Source: an uncultured delta proteobacterium (GTDB taxonomy: Bacteria > Desulfobacterota > Binatia > UBA9968). Taken from it: DNA of 64,000 nucleotides. The notes beneath the pieces are model-generated. The model searched no databases, was not told where the DNA came from, and worked only from the letters and a program-made list of their open reading frames with translations. The stretch covers positions 128,001-192,000 of the forward strand of contig CAVSHR010000012.1 of NCBI GenBank assembly GCA_963727625.1, in the 5' to 3' direction. The translations under genes and the position numbers were made by a program. This document shows positions 46,834 to 57,470 of this stretch, in pieces; the first letter of the stretch is position 1; each line of letters starts with the position of its first letter.

Positions 46834-47106
46834 GATCCTCCAGCACACGCTCTCCTCTGTCTCTAAGACCCTATTTTACCGAAGTTTTCCGTGGATGGGC
46901 GAATCAATGTAGGTAACACCATATAAGCGCTGCGCTGTCCCTGCGCTGGACAAAATTGGCCGCTTAGTGCAGTTTCTGGCAAGCCCTTGACATGCGACGG
47001 TGCGCGGTGGAATCAACTTCAATCGAGACTAGCCTGGCCCGGCTAGTCTGCACTGCTGTTAAACGCGGCCTCGATGAGTAGGATATCGAGGCTCGGCTCG
47101 CGATCG

Positions 47107-48600
47107 TCAGTCGCTGCCCCAGTGTCCATGGGTATGTCTGGCCTGAACCTGGGCTAATTGCATTTGCCATTTTTTTGAAAATTCGGTGCGCGTTTCATTG
47201 CTGATAGCGCTGGTGCCAGGAAACTTGTCGCGCCACTCCCAAGGCCGCACCGCTTCGATGATCATGCGCGAGTTATGGCCCTTTTGTCCCGGCGGGATGA
47301 TCGGATCCAGCGGCCCGCTCCAGGTGCGCCGCAGGATATCCACCGAAGTGGCCGGATCGGAGCGCGTACAGATCGCCCACATGACTTCGCTCACGTCGGT
47401 AATATCGATATCATCGTCGACCACCACGACGTAACGACCGAGATAAGCGCCCGCGTGACATTGGCAAGCGACCAACGCGGCCTGTTTCGCGTGCCCTGGA
47501 TATCTTTGTTTGATCGCGACAACGATCATGAAGCGCTGCGCCGGCGGCGGCAGGTAGACGCCCTTGATATCCGGCACGCCGGCTTGTTCCATGCCGTTCC
47601 ACACCGTCGCAGCGCGCAGGCAGGAGCGATACATACCGTGGATCGTCGGTTTGAAAGGCGCCGCGCCGCAGATGATCGGGTCGTTGCGGTGATATAGCGC
47701 TTTGACACGGACAAACGGCTCAGCGCGCCGCGCGCTGGCGTAATAACCGGGCCATTCCCCGAAGGGGCCTTCCTCCATGGACTCACCGGGAACGATTTCC
47801 CCTTCGATGACGAACTCCGCGTTGGCCGGAAAATGCAGTCCGGTGAGCGGCCCCTCGATCACGTCGATCGGCTGGCCGATCAGACCGCCCGCCCAATCGT
47901 ATTCATTGACGCCGAAAGGCACCGCTTGAGACGCCGCGATGTAGAGCAAGGGATGCTGGCCGAAGGCCATCGCCACGGGAAAAGTCTTGCCGGCTTTCAT
48001 CGCCTTTTCGTAGTGAATCTTACCGTGCTTGCCGGGCGAGATGTAGAGCCCGACTTTATCCTTGTCCTGGAGCATGACACGGTAACAGCCGACGTTTTCG
48101 ACGCCGGTCTCGGGGTCACGGGTGACCACGAGGTGGGCCGTGCCCAGATAGCGCCCGCCGTCACCGGCGTGCCAGCGCGGCACGGGAAATTTCATCAGAT
48201 CGACTTCATCGCCGCGCTCGACGTTCTCAAACACCGGTCCGTTGGAAACCACGTTGGCTTTAATCGGCTGCATCGCGCGCAAGCGTGCGCGTAAGGCATC
48301 GATCAAAGGAATGGTTGTTAAATCGAGCGGCAGATTAAGCGTCAACGCCGTGCGCTCGAGAGTTTCCAGCATGTTCACGAGCACGCGGCGATTGGGATCG
48401 AAACCGGGCACGTTGTCGAAGACCACGGCCGGCGGCGTAGAAATTCGCTCGAGAATTATTTCCGTCAGCGCGCCGAGTTCGAGATCCCAGTGGGCGCCGG
48501 AGATCTGCTCCAGTTGCTCGAGCCGCTTGACCTCCTTGAGCCAGTCGCGCAGATCGCAAGTATTGGTCGGGCTCGATTTAGCTGCCGTTGCAGTCGCCAT
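47107..48600 (-). CDS. UbiD family (prFMN-dependent) decarboxylase
   Basis: DLRDW, DGGRYLGT, YR, EGPFGEWPGYY, VVVVDDDID. Confidence 0.93.
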   Translation of the reverse strand: MATATAAKSSPTNTCDLRDWLKEVKRLEQLEQISGAHWDLELGALTEIILERISTPPAVVFDNVPGFDPNRRVLVNMLETLERTALTLNLPLDLTTIPLIDALRARLRAMQPIKANVVSNGPVFENVERGDEVDLMKFPVPRWHAGDGGRYLGTAHLVVTRDPETGVENVGCYRVMLQDKDKVGLYISPGKHGKIHYEKAMKAGKTFPVAMAFGQHPLLYIAASQAVPFGVNEYDWAGGLIGQPIDVIEGPLTGLHFPANAEFVIEGEIVPGESMEEGPFGEWPGYYASARRAEPFVRVKALYHRNDPIICGAAPFKPTIHGMYRSCLRAATVWNGMEQAGVPDIKGVYLPPPAQRFMIVVAIKQRYPGHAKQAALVACQCHAGAYLGRYVVVVDDDIDITDVSEVMWAICTRSDPATSVDILRRTWSGPLDPIIPPGQKGHNSRMIIEAVRPWEWRDKFPGTSAISNETRTEFSKKWQMQLAQVQARHTHGHWGSD

Positions 48601-48629
48601 AAAAGACTCCCTTCGCTCGGCGTAGTCGG

Positions 48630-49634
48630 CTACTCGACGAGCTTCAGCGTGGTTGGATGAAATATCTCTTCGGGCGTAATCGGTCGCGCCGTGATGCCCT
48701 GGGCATGGCAATAACCGAGAAAGGTATCCAGCACATGGCGGTTTTCTTCCAGCCCGTAAGCCCAGGGATCGCTCTTGAAAACCTTTTGCTCGTCGGCGAG
48801 ATAATGATTAGGCCAGGCCTCGACGAGACTGGGAATGGCCCGGCGCCAGTGCTGCGCCCAGCGCTTGGCCTCTGAGTAGAGCCGGAATAGCTGCGCCGGC
48901 AATTCTGGGCATCTTTCGGCCAAACTCTTCTGCAGTGCCAGAACATGCATGATCGGCAAGATTTTGGTCTGGCGGAAATAATCCGCTTCGACTTCGTGAG
49001 AGTTGGCGAAAAGTTTGGCTACGGAATTGTCCGCCAACAAGGTTGCATATTGCGACTCGGTCACGCCAAGCGCGTCGACCTGGCCGTCGAAAAGCGCGCG
49101 GCAGGCGCGCTCGGAAGTGTTCTTGCCGTCGTTCTGGATCATGCGAATGATCGAGCCGTCGCGCGGCTCCACCGTTGCGCCCGGATCATGGTCGTCCCAG
49201 TGATGCATGGAGGCGACATGCCACACGGATTCCGTCGCCGAAACTCCATATTGATCGATCAGCATGCCGCGCATCCAGATCGCCGCAGTCTGCACCCAAC
49301 GGAGAAAGCCGATCTTTTTGCCGCTCAAATCTTCTGGCCGATTAATATTTGCAGCCTTACGGCAAAAGATGAATCCATGACGAAACATGCGCGATGGAAA
49401 AACCGGAATCGCGACGAAATCAGCTTTTCCTCTTGAGGTGTAGTAGATCAGCTCGCCGAGCGACATTTCAGAGACGTCGTACTGTCCCTTGAACATGCCG
49501 GCGAACATCCCGGGCACGTCTTCGGTCTCGGTGATGTCGAATTCGCATCCGGGAATGCCCATCTGGCCGCGTAAAATGGGCAGGGTTCCATCGTAAGCGC
49601 GGCTGGCTAGCCTGATTTTAATTGGAGAAGCCAT
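48630..49634 (-). CDS. 4,5-dihydroxyphthalate decarboxylase-like protein
   Basis: YDVSEMS, AIPVFPSRMFRHG, QTAAIWMRG, PIMHV, DPWAYGLEEN. Confidence 0.85.
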   Translation of the reverse strand: MASPIKIRLASRAYDGTLPILRGQMGIPGCEFDITETEDVPGMFAGMFKGQYDVSEMSLGELIYYTSRGKADFVAIPVFPSRMFRHGFIFCRKAANINRPEDLSGKKIGFLRWVQTAAIWMRGMLIDQYGVSATESVWHVASMHHWDDHDPGATVEPRDGSIIRMIQNDGKNTSERACRALFDGQVDALGVTESQYATLLADNSVAKLFANSHEVEADYFRQTKILPIMHVLALQKSLAERCPELPAQLFRLYSEAKRWAQHWRRAIPSLVEAWPNHYLADEQKVFKSDPWAYGLEENRHVLDTFLGYCHAQGITARPITPEEIFHPTTLKLVE

Positions 49635-49676
49635 AGTGGTTCCGAACCAGAGCGCCGGGAAAACAAGCGCGGCAGG

Positions 49677-50675
49677 TTAGTTGGCTGATTCTTCCCGGTA
49701 AAGCTGCAAAGATTCCATCACCGGGCGATCGTTGATGGAAAACAGCACCGCCTCATCGTTGGCGAGGTTTTCGTGCGAGTGCCACTGCCACAGCGGCACC
49801 ACGAAAGTATCGCCTTGTCGCCATTCGAGAAAATCTTCGCCCACTCTAGTGCGGCCTTGCCCGCGAACGACGTGGAAGATCGCGGTGCTGGTGTGACGGT
49901 GGGTTCTCGTCGACTCTCTACCTTTGAAGAGCTGAATTTCACAGGACATCGTCGGATAGGTATAACCGCCCGTCGCCGGATTGATATAGTGCAACAACCG
50001 GCCGTCGTAGGGGTCGCGGTCTTGGTCGCCAATCGCGCGCAGCGCGGCATGGGTTTCCTTCCAGGCATAGCGAAACGGCACGCCACGTTGATGGCGTTCG
50101 TCTATCTTTGGCGCGCGCACGAAGCCCAATCGGCTCAGCGATTCGCCCGTTTGCTTTGTAATCAGCTGTTCGGGAATGCCCGAATCTTCAAAGAACAGAA
50201 TATTGAGCGACTGAATCAGCGGTCCGTCTAAACCGTCGAGCCAGATAATCGGATCATGGGATTCGTTGTGATGGTCGTGCCAAGTCCAGTTGGGCGTGAG
50301 AATCAGGTCACCCTCTTCCATAAAAAATTTTTCGCCGTCAACAGCCGTGTAAGCTCCCTTCCCCTGCACGACGAAGCGGATCGCCGCCATGTTATGGCGG
50401 TGCGCTTTCGCAACTTCGCCAGGATTGACGATCGAGAAAGTGACTTGCAGCGTGTGCGAGGTCGATTTGATCGGCAAGTGCGGGCTCACGAGCCGGATGG
50501 CGCGGCGCTCCGCCTGGTCGATGCCGATGGTCTCGCTGGCCTTGAGCAGACCGTCGAGCAGCGGTTCCCATTTCCACAGATAGGGTGCTTCCGAAGAGTG
50601 CGCCGGCACGCGCGTGCGCCAGAATCCGGACAGTTGATTTTTTTCTAGATGGCTGTCGAGCTCTTCGAGCTTCAT
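49677..50675 (-). CDS. Gentisate 1,2-dioxygenase-like bicupin
   Basis: AERR, PGEVAKAHRH, TPNWTWHDH, WLDGLD, HRHTS, W..H.H. Confidence 0.85.
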   Translation of the reverse strand: MKLEELDSHLEKNQLSGFWRTRVPAHSSEAPYLWKWEPLLDGLLKASETIGIDQAERRAIRLVSPHLPIKSTSHTLQVTFSIVNPGEVAKAHRHNMAAIRFVVQGKGAYTAVDGEKFFMEEGDLILTPNWTWHDHHNESHDPIIWLDGLDGPLIQSLNILFFEDSGIPEQLITKQTGESLSRLGFVRAPKIDERHQRGVPFRYAWKETHAALRAIGDQDRDPYDGRLLHYINPATGGYTYPTMSCEIQLFKGRESTRTHRHTSTAIFHVVRGQGRTRVGEDFLEWRQGDTFVVPLWQWHSHENLANDEAVLFSINDRPVMESLQLYREESAN

Positions 50676-50694
50676 CGCGGCGATCCCTTCGAAG

Positions 50695-51402
50695 CTAGGA
50701 CACTTGGGACATCGCGTGCGCCATACCGCCAAAATAAGCGCGATGCAGATCCATCGATTCCTTGGCGGTGTGCAGCACGTCTTCCTCGCGGCCGGGCGCG
50801 ACGTATTTTTCCAAGACATCGATAAACATATCCGAGTGTTTCACATCGGCTATGCTATGCGCGGTAAAGTTCGGCATCTGGCCGTCGGTAAAATTTAAGT
50901 CGCGCTTCCAGATCTTATACAAGCGCGTGCAATTGCCGCCACCGATATCACCCAGTAAACGATCGTCATTGGTCCACTCGGCGATGGTCGAGGCCGCGAT
51001 CGCTTCCTGCCAGGGCCGATGGCGCGCGATCCAAAACCAGCCGTAAATCGCCGCTTTGGTGGTCGGCAGCGGCTCAGCTTTAAGCACGTCGTCGACGCTC
51101 AGGCCCAATTCCTTGCCCTGTCGGAATATGAGATCCAAATGACCGGCTTTTGAATGCTCGTCTTCGACCAATTCCTCATGCTCGTGTTCCATGATCCGCT
51201 GCTTGACTTCGAACTCCGGACAGTTCGCTGCCACCTGCGGCCAGAAATTCCGCCGCTGGCGCACGTAGATGCCCAATTGCAGTAGATAAATTTGCGCCCG
51301 TCCCAGAGTCATAGGAATCGAATAAAAATGTTGCATCTCCGGCGACAGAAACAGGTCCCGCACACAGTCCCCAAGCCTTTGCCGCCATTCTTGTGGTTTC
51401 AT
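50695..51402 (-). CDS. PqqC/CADD/TenA-like heme-oxygenase-like diiron enzyme
   Basis: EHEE...GH, E(W) and H..AD..H ligand pattern. Confidence 0.75.
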   Translation of the reverse strand: MKPQEWRQRLGDCVRDLFLSPEMQHFYSIPMTLGRAQIYLLQLGIYVRQRRNFWPQVAANCPEFEVKQRIMEHEHEELVEDEHSKAGHLDLIFRQGKELGLSVDDVLKAEPLPTTKAAIYGWFWIARHRPWQEAIAASTIAEWTNDDRLLGDIGGGNCTRLYKIWKRDLNFTDGQMPNFTAHSIADVKHSDMFIDVLEKYVAPGREEDVLHTAKESMDLHRAYFGGMAHAMSQVS

Positions 51403-51771
51403 GATACTCCTCCCGAAAGGCTATCTCACGCGATAGAATTTAATGATTGGGGTCTCACTCCTTCGGTACTTCCCGTTTTTCGAAAATCGCTTGGAGTTTT
51501 TCCGACCCGCTTAGTTTTTAGCACTAGCCGATCCGCGAAAGCAATGTCAAGCAAGATGCTCTGACGAAAAAAAAGGTTGCCGCAGTGGGCAAAGGCTGAG
51601 CGCACAGCAAGTGCGGGATTTAAGAAACAATGATAGCGTGATTGAGATCCCCGGAACCGACCCGCTCGCGGGGTTTATGGTGTCTCAGTCGGTCGTTACC
51701 AAGGGCAACCAATGTCATGACAAGCGGCTCGAATGCTAAAATTCTCCGTCGACTCTTCTCGTCGCCGCTGG

Positions 51772-52164
51772 TCAGTGTAACTGTTGGTTTTCTTTTGGGG
51801 CGGGCAAATAGCGGAGTAGCACGTTTTGAAGCTCAATCAGCGAAACCGGTTTGCTGATGACTTCACGGGCACCGGACTTCAAAGCAGCCTCGCGATGTTG
51901 CTCGGCAATCCAGGCAGTACAGATAATGATTGGGATGTTTTTCGTGACCTCACTGCCGCGCAGGCATGCCGTGGCCTTGATGCCGCTCATGCTGGGCATG
52001 CCAATGTCCATGAAAATCAAATCGGGCCTTTCACTCAAGGCTTTTTGCACGCCGATCTCGCCATCGTCGGCTTCGACCACCTGAAAGCCTAGATGGCGAA
52101 CGAGCATAGCAAAAAGCTCTCGACAGTCCGTATTATCTTCAACCAGCAAAACTTTATAGGTCAT
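51772..52164 (-). CDS. Single-domain response regulator (DivK/CheY-like)
   Basis: VLLVEDN, PDLIFMDIGMP, TA, SKP. Confidence 0.9.
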   Translation of the reverse strand: MTYKVLLVEDNTDCRELFAMLVRHLGFQVVEADDGEIGVQKALSERPDLIFMDIGMPSMSGIKATACLRGSEVTKNIPIIICTAWIAEQHREAALKSGAREVISKPVSLIELQNVLLRYLPAPKENQQLH

Positions 52165-52180
52165 AGTCCCATATTACTGA

Positions 52181-52196
52181 AGCGAAGCACGTGCCA
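52181..52196 (-). promoter_or_regulatory. Sigma54 -24/-12 promoter
   Basis: Minus strand TGGCACGTGCTTCGCT upstream of the response regulator. Confidence 0.65.
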
Positions 52197-52795
52197 AGTT
52201 TAAAAGGTTATTAAATATCAGAAGTTAAAGAATAATGGGAACCAATCCACCGGGTCGCTGTGTCGGCTCTGTCAATGGAGTGACAACGGACCGGGCTGAC
52301 AGACCGCAGGGGTGCCCTCTCGGGCAGAGAGCTAATTCGTGTCAACGTGAATCTATCGAAGCTCGCGTTGCCCCAGTAGCTCGATAGCTCCCTGCAAGGG
52401 ATTTTCGGACCTGGCCGTTGCCGGATCGATTCTCGCGCAGCCATGCACTGTCGGGATCGCTCCCGCATCCGGCGACATCAGATCGAAGTTCGCTTCATGT
52501 ACCTCCGGCGCCGTGACGTCAATCTATTATTCCGTGAGATTGAATGTAATTCAGATTTCTGTAACATCATCGAGTCATTTCCTTTTTGACGCGGATCACC
52601 GATTTCGTTACCGCACCCGAATCAGGGCACATTGGGTGCGTCACTAGGAACGCAGGGCCGGTTATCCAAAAAATGCTTTCGAAATGATGTGCCGATCTTA
52701 AGTGTTTTGCGTACATGGGAATTTCATCGAGTTTTCGCTTGCAGAAATGCAAATATGCCGGAGGCGTTCAGGAACCTTAATCTGACCGCCGAGGC

Positions 52796-52824
52796 TTGAC
52801 AGCGACCGGGGAAATTCTTAAATT
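52796..52824 (+). promoter_or_regulatory. Sigma70-type promoter
   Basis: TTGACA-17 bp-TAAATT. Confidence 0.55.
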
Positions 52825-53050
52825 GGAAGCTGCAAGTCTCGAAACCCATCGCGCATCTGGAAACCCTTGATTTGACTGAAATATCGATCAAAGCGGCGGC
52901 TTTGCCGGCCCAGGAGCCTTTTTTGCGGTGGTTATAGAAGTTTTTGGCTAATAACGTGAACCGCGTCAGGCTTGCCGACGTCTAATTTACAGATGTGGCA
53001 TAGCTTTTGTGAGAGCAGTTCCCAATCGGGGTCAATAAAGCAGGGAGTCT

Positions 53051-54589
53051 ATGATGTTACCGCCCTTTGATACTGAGCGAACCTTAAACGAGGGATTTGA
53101 AAGAGAAGATCTTGGTGCCGCCAACATCCAAGATCAGGACGTTGATTCGGTTGCCGAAATCGATTCACCGGACAAGTTCAGCGAGGAACAAGAGAGCCCG
53201 CGCGAAGCGGCTGATACCAACCTAGGCTCGGTGCAGCAATACCTGCACGACATCGGCTCGGTGCCACTACTCAGCCGCGAACGCGAGGTCGAGCTCGCCA
53301 AAGAAGTCGAAGACGCCAGCAAGCAAATCTTTGAGGCGCTGTTTTCCGTTCCTTTTGCTCTGCGCCGCGTGGTCGAAATGGGAAGTGCGGTTGAGAATGG
53401 CGAAATCGAGATACGTGAAGTTGTCGACAAAGCCGACGAAGAGGGCGGCGAAAGCGCTCTCGACCCTAAACCTTTTCTCAAACAAATCGCCAAAATATCT
53501 CGCTTACTGAAAGAGCGCGACAGCATTTTGCGCGAGTTGAGAAAAGTTAGTTTGTCGCGGCAACGGCGCGCACGACTAAGCCATACCGAGAAAGCCAACA
53601 AGGAGAAAATTTTCGCTGCGATCCGCGGCCTCCGGCTCGCTTCCGATCATCAGGAACGGATCATCCAGCAGATCACCGGTTTGGCCGGCCGTATCGCCAG
53701 CTTGCAGCAGCAGGCGGCGGCCCACCCGAGAAAGAAACGCGCGCTGCTCAGCGAGATTCAATCCATCGGGAAAACCGTCGGCCTGAGCGCCGCCGAGTTC
53801 ATCGAACAAGTTCGCTCGATTCGCGAAGGGGAAAACCGAGTTAAGATCGGTCGCAAGGAATTCACCGAAGCCAATTTGCGATTGGTCGTGAGCATCGCCA
53901 AGAAGTACATAAACCGGGGCCTGAGTTTCTTGGATCTGGTTCAGGAAGGCAACCTCGGCTTGATGCGCGCAGTGGAAAAATTCGACTACCGCCTCGGTTT
54001 TCGCTTCTCGACTTATGCGACTTGGTGGATCCGGCAAGGCATTACCCGCGGGTTGATCGATACCGGACACACGATCCGCGTCCCCGTGCATCGGGTGGAA
54101 TCGCGCAACAAAGTAATCCAGACCGCACGTGAAATGCAGCGCAAGCTGGGCCGCGATCCGAGCCCGGAAGAAGTCGCCAAAGAACTCCGCTTGCCGGTCC
54201 CGGAATTGCTCAAGCTGATTCAAACCCATGGAGAGCCGGTATCTCTGCAGACACCGATTTGGGAAGACGGCGACGAGCTCGGCGACTTTATCGAAGATCG
54301 GGTACACCCGATTCCGGAAAATCAAGCCATGGAAGGCGTGTTGCGCACCGAGGTAAGAAAAGCCTTGGCCGTTTTAACGCCGCGTCAAGAAACCGTGCTG
54401 CGCAAGCGTTTCGGCATCGAGGAGAAACGCGATTACACGCTCGAAGAATTAGGTGAAATGTTCGCCGTCACGCGGGAACGCATCCGGCAAATCGAGCAGC
54501 GATCACTACAAATCTTGCGTAATCCGAACCGGCGCAAACCGCTGTTGCCCGGCGGCAAGCAGATCGCGATCGATGCCACGTTGAACTAA
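53051..54589 (+). CDS. RpoD-like (group 2) RNA polymerase sigma factor lacking typical region 1.1
   Basis: [60 protein letters not shown]. Confidence 0.9.
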   Translation: MMLPPFDTERTLNEGFEREDLGAANIQDQDVDSVAEIDSPDKFSEEQESPREAADTNLGSVQQYLHDIGSVPLLSREREVELAKEVEDASKQIFEALFSVPFALRRVVEMGSAVENGEIEIREVVDKADEEGGESALDPKPFLKQIAKISRLLKERDSILRELRKVSLSRQRRARLSHTEKANKEKIFAAIRGLRLASDHQERIIQQITGLAGRIASLQQQAAAHPRKKRALLSEIQSIGKTVGLSAAEFIEQVRSIREGENRVKIGRKEFTEANLRLVVSIAKKYINRGLSFLDLVQEGNLGLMRAVEKFDYRLGFRFSTYATWWIRQGITRGLIDTGHTIRVPVHRVESRNKVIQTAREMQRKLGRDPSPEEVAKELRLPVPELLKLIQTHGEPVSLQTPIWEDGDELGDFIEDRVHPIPENQAMEGVLRTEVRKALAVLTPRQETVLRKRFGIEEKRDYTLEELGEMFAVTRERIRQIEQRSLQILRNPNRRKPLLPGGKQIAIDATLN

Positions 54590-54612
54590 ACGACGACTTC
54601 AAAAGGCCAGGC

Positions 54613-54643
54613 AAAAGGGGCGCGGAGAACCGCGCCCCTTTTT
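54613..54643. terminator. Bidirectional rho-independent terminator
   Basis: AAAAGGGGCGCGG-AGAA-CCGCGCCCCTTTTT. Confidence 0.85.
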
Positions 54644-54669
54644 AATTCTACGCCTCCATCCCCGTTTTT

Positions 54670-54990
54670 TGATTTTGTGCAAAGCGTCAACAGGCTTAAG
54701 CCGAACAATTCCGCGGCGCGGAGCTTGTTACCCACCATCTTACTTAAAATCCGTTTGATCGGGTGCGTCTCGCAGACCGAGACAGCTTTGCTGAGATTGT
54801 CGTCGCGGCTCTCTTGAATAGAAGCCGTGAGGTAACAATCCCGATCGGCATATTGCATTGCGATTCGTCGATCCGTTCGATTTGGTGATCGACCTTAACC
54901 GATAGGCTCATGAACAAGGCAAAAGTAAAAGATGTTTGGCGCTCGGCCACGAGCTGCGATTTAACCCCGTAACCACTTATCGCGACCGCT
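54670..54990 (-). pseudogene. Decayed sigma54 enhancer-binding protein remnant (Fis-type HTH)
   Basis: IKRILSKMVGNKLRAAELFGLSLLTL resembles the HTH_8 tail; an upstream frame has weak AAA+-like fragments. Confidence 0.45.
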
Positions 54991-55082
54991 CCTGGGGCGG
55001 GCAGTTTTGATCGGCGACCAAACCCTGGCCAACTGCCGGGAATCTGCCGTTTGAGCTTGTATAGTGCTAGATTGAAATAACC

Positions 55083-56204
55083 ATGATCGAACATGCAGTA
55101 TCTGACTCGATCAGTCCGTCGCTAATCCAAACCGGCACCTGCTACGTGATCTTCGCCTACGACGCCGCCCGCGCCATCGATCTCGATAGCGCCGACCGCC
55201 GCGTGCGCGAAGCCACCCAACGCCCAAGCATTCGCCGCAAACGGCGCACGCCCAGTTATTTCGAATATCAACCGCCGCCGCTGCGCGTGAGCTCGGATAG
55301 TGACTCAATCGTCGTTGGCAGCTTTACCACCGGGCGCGGCTATGATGTCATGGCGTACGATTTCGGTGCAGTCGCCGTGATCTATGCGATCGCCATCGAC
55401 GGCTCCTTCGACGCCTTGCTCCCGCTTAGCGACGAACTGTACGATAACGAAACGCTGCTCGCCGAATCGCGCCTGCGGGTCGAAGAGCTTTTGCTGGTGA
55501 TCGGCGACGCCGCCAAGATGCCCCATGCCGCGGCGGTAGTCGAAGACTATGTCGTCTTTCATATCGAAAGTTTTGCCCAGTCTGTAGATTTGAAAGGCTT
55601 CTGCGCGACCCACGCGCGGCAGATCGCACAAATTCTTCGCGCCGAGCGCCAGCCGCTGTCCGACCAAGAAGTCGAGGACGCCTCGACCGCGCGTCTTTCC
55701 TATGGCCGCGATGATGTCACCATCGTCGACTGGAACGCAGCCCTGGTCATCGACCGTGACGGCGACGACGTGCGCGCGGTTTTGGAATTCGCAAATGTCG
55801 AGCTGCTCGAGCTGCGCTACGTCGATCAGAAGCTTGATCGAGCCTTGGATCAAGCGTACGAGCGGCTGTCGGGGCGGGCCGCCAGCCTGCCGCGCCTGTT
55901 CGGTTACTACGGAGCCGACTTGCGCCGGGTCGCCGAGCTGCAAGTCGACAACGCCACCCTATTCGAAGGCGTCAACAACACACTCAAACTGCTCGGCGAT
56001 CAGTATCTGGCACGGGTGTATCGCACGGTCAACCGCCGATTTCATCTCAACGAATGGGATGAGAGCATCCTGCGCAAGCTCCAGACTCTCGAAAGCATTT
56101 ATGAAAAAATCTCCGACCAGGCCTCGAATCGGCGCATGGAGGTGCTCGAATGGGTGATCATTTTTCTCATCGCCTTCTCCATCGTCCTTGAATTCATCCA
56201 CTAA
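55083..56204 (+). CDS. RMD1/DUF155-like hypothetical protein
   Basis: YDFGAV, ELLELRY.D..LD, LGDQYLARVY, LEWVIIFLI C-terminal TM. Confidence 0.7.
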   Translation: MIEHAVSDSISPSLIQTGTCYVIFAYDAARAIDLDSADRRVREATQRPSIRRKRRTPSYFEYQPPPLRVSSDSDSIVVGSFTTGRGYDVMAYDFGAVAVIYAIAIDGSFDALLPLSDELYDNETLLAESRLRVEELLLVIGDAAKMPHAAAVVEDYVVFHIESFAQSVDLKGFCATHARQIAQILRAERQPLSDQEVEDASTARLSYGRDDVTIVDWNAALVIDRDGDDVRAVLEFANVELLELRYVDQKLDRALDQAYERLSGRAASLPRLFGYYGADLRRVAELQVDNATLFEGVNNTLKLLGDQYLARVYRTVNRRFHLNEWDESILRKLQTLESIYEKISDQASNRRMEVLEWVIIFLIAFSIVLEFIH

Positions 56205-56216
56205 TCAGTTTTTTCG

Positions 56217-57470
56217 ATGAGCGATCTTCTCAAAACGATTATCAGCCTCGGCGTCGCTCTGACGCTCGGCCTCCTGATCGGTTTGGAACGCGGCTGGCAG
56301 GAGCGCAGCGCCTCTGAAGGGCGGCGCGTCGCTGGCATTCGCACTTTCGGCTTGATCGCGTTGCTCGGCGGCCTCTCCGAAGTGCTCGCTCGCTCTGCCG
56401 GCGAGATTTTGTTTGGTATTGCGTTCTTCGCCTTGGTCCTGCTCATGACCATCGCCCATGTCGCCGAGGCGAGCGAAAGCAAGGACTACGGCGTGACCAC
56501 GTTGATTGCCGCCCTGATCACCTTCGTCCTCGGCGCACTGGCCGTGCGAGGCGAGCACATCATCGCCGCCACCGGTGCGGTGGTCACGACCATCGTGCTC
56601 AGCCTCAAACCGGTGCTGCACCGCTGGCTGCAACTGATCTCGCCTGAAGAATTGGCCGCTGCCCTCAAACTGCTGCTGATTTCGGTAGTGATTCTGCCGA
56701 TCTTACCGGATCGCGCCTACGGTCCTTGGCAGGCGATCAATCCCTACCGGCTGTGGTGGATCGTCGTCGTGCTGGCAGCGATTTCCTTTGTCGCCTACGT
56801 CGCGGTAAAAATCGCCGGCGCTGAATGGGGCATTCTGTTGACCGGCTTCTTGGGCGGGATGGTCTCGTCTACCGGCGTGAGCATTCATTTGGCACGCTTG
56901 GCCGGAACACTGTCGCAGGACGATATACTGGTGGCCGGCGTGTTGGTGGCATCGGCGACGATGTTTCTCCGCGTCCTCGCCCTCGTCGGCGCGCTCAATT
57001 TCGAACTTTTGAAGTCGCTGGGTATGCCCATGCTCGCCATGGCTGTCTGTCTCGCCGGTGCCGCTCTGGTTTACGCCCGAAGGAGCAAGCAAACCCGGGT
57101 CGATTCATTGAAACTGCGCAACCCGATGGAGCTCGGTCCGGCGTTCGAGTTCGGCTTGCTGCTCGCGGTGATTTTCTTGGCCACCAAAGCAGCCCAGGCT
57201 TGGCTCGGCGAAGCCGGCCTTTATCTGGTCGCTATCATTTCCGGCGTCGCCGACGTGGACGCCATCACTATCTCGTTAACGCGTTTAGCCGGCGGCGAAG
57301 TTGCTTTGCGATCGGCTTCTTTGGCGGTATTCGTCGCTACCATGGTCAACACCATCACGAAAACGATTTTGGTCGCGGTCCTCGGTGGCCGGACGATCGG
57401 CGCCAAGGTCGCCTGGCCGATGATCTGCAGCTTGGTCCTCGGCGCGGCCCTGACCTGGGGTCTGGCGTGA
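56217..57470 (+). CDS. MgtC/SapB family protein with DUF4010
   Basis: LGLLIGLERG, AGIRTF, GGMVSST, DVDAIT. Confidence 0.9.
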   Translation: MSDLLKTIISLGVALTLGLLIGLERGWQERSASEGRRVAGIRTFGLIALLGGLSEVLARSAGEILFGIAFFALVLLMTIAHVAEASESKDYGVTTLIAALITFVLGALAVRGEHIIAATGAVVTTIVLSLKPVLHRWLQLISPEELAAALKLLLISVVILPILPDRAYGPWQAINPYRLWWIVVVLAAISFVAYVAVKIAGAEWGILLTGFLGGMVSSTGVSIHLARLAGTLSQDDILVAGVLVASATMFLRVLALVGALNFELLKSLGMPMLAMAVCLAGAALVYARRSKQTRVDSLKLRNPMELGPAFEFGLLLAVIFLATKAAQAWLGEAGLYLVAIISGVADVDAITISLTRLAGGEVALRSASLAVFVATMVNTITKTILVAVLGGRTIGAKVAWPMICSLVLGAALTWGLA

